64,000 bases of DNA from Phaeosaccion multiseriatum (taxonomy: Eukaryota > Protista > Ochrophyta, other classes). Under the pieces are notes generated by a model. That model worked only from the letters and a program-made list of their open reading frames with translations, was not told the DNA's origin and did not search any database. Both the position numbers and the translations under genes were made by a program. The stretch lies in contig OZ218956.1 of NCBI GenBank assembly GCA_965112735.1, forward strand, positions 372,001 through 436,000, given 5' to 3'. Below are positions 63,198-64,000 of this stretch, one piece after another. Each line of letters opens with the position of its first letter. Position 1 is the first letter of the stretch.

Positions 63198-64000
63198 AGA
63201 GAGAGAGACACATGCCGTGTGCGTGCTCACCTCTTGGGTATTCTATGCACAAACAGGCACTGCTTGGACATGCGCCTGGTGAGGTCACACCGCTCCACCT
63301 GACGCCAAGTCCCAAGCGCAAGCAATTAAGGGTTCACAGAACCAAACAGCAGCAGGAGCAGGAGCAGTTGGTGATGCAGCAGCAGCAGCAGCAGCAGCAG
63401 CAGCCGCAGCAGAGAGGTGGGGGAGACAGCGGGGCTCAGTTAGTTGTTGGCTCTCGAAAAAAGGTAGAGACGTACAGACAGAGTAGCAAGGAAGCTTTGA
63501 CACAAATGGCTGCACCCCCCCCCCCCCCCCCCCCTGTCACCCACAACCTCACCTTGGCCATGGCCTGATTCTTGGGTCGCTTCAAAGCCCATTTGGCCAC
63601 TGTGAGGGTGCTCAAGGCGTCGGTTACGGAATCGTGAGCCCCGTCTTGGATCAGCTTGCCCGTGCAGGCCTGTGTGTGTGGGCAGATGGTGATGGCGTTT
63701 GGGGGGTTGGGATTACAACACCGAGTCAGCGAGGGAGAGAGGTTGGCACGGAGGAAGGAAGGGAGGGAGGAAGGAAGGAAGGAAGGAAGGGGGAGAGGGA
63801 CGGAGGCCTGGTTTGCTTGTTGCACAAGCTCGCAGGCCTCCATACAGAAACTCAAAGTCAAACTCACCTTGACGCAGTCCTTGAGACTTGGCGTGGCTCC
63901 CGGCTCGTCCTTGACCTCAAAGAGATAGGCCGTGTCTACAATAGTGTCGTGTGATAGTCGGAGGGCAGAGAGGTCGTTGGAGAGGGCATGCCCCACAAGC
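62615..64000 (-). CDS. DEDDh RNA exonuclease, REX1/plant SDN-like; 5' partial
   Basis: LVGHALSNDLSALRLSHDTIVDTAYLF..TPSLKD|..IQDGAHDSVTDA (ExoII/III), then CLFVHRIP and RRM-like KTMVMFSSIEHSQLAFDTLPG..DTTGRLQKKV. Confidence 0.85.

Overview
Eukaryotic, GC-rich, gene-dense genomic DNA with GT-AG spliceosomal introns packed with microsatellites. It is probably an ochrophyte (stramenopile) alga: one gene has a signal peptide followed by a Phe-initiated transit peptide. About 15 protein genes can be reconstructed by splicing: a GT32-like/sulfotransferase fusion, RAD9, a COPI-associated membrane protein, a ~2,250-aa degenerate-FYVE/PH protein, a WW coiled-coil protein, two low-complexity hypothetical genes, DUS1, an intronless orphan, a divergent Hsp110, a GT61 glycosyltransferase, another orphan, an mTERF-like/ankyrin protein, an R1R2R3-MYB and a 5'-partial SDN/REX1-type RNA exonuclease. 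No rRNA, tRNA or CRISPR was seen. The most striking non-genic structure is two short dispersed motifs. (1) CTGTATCACCAACTG occurs ~19 times, often in CAG/CTG tracts, in exons (read in several frames) and introns. (2) GGATGGCAGTGGATGG/CCATCCACTGCCATCC is oriented by position within introns, with the G-form towards donors and the C-form just before acceptors. There are also two MITE-like elements upstream of the MYB gene and two apparently related AG-free intronic minisatellites. Exon boundaries and coordinates were read by eye and are approximate. Family assignments come from recalled motifs, not database searches.
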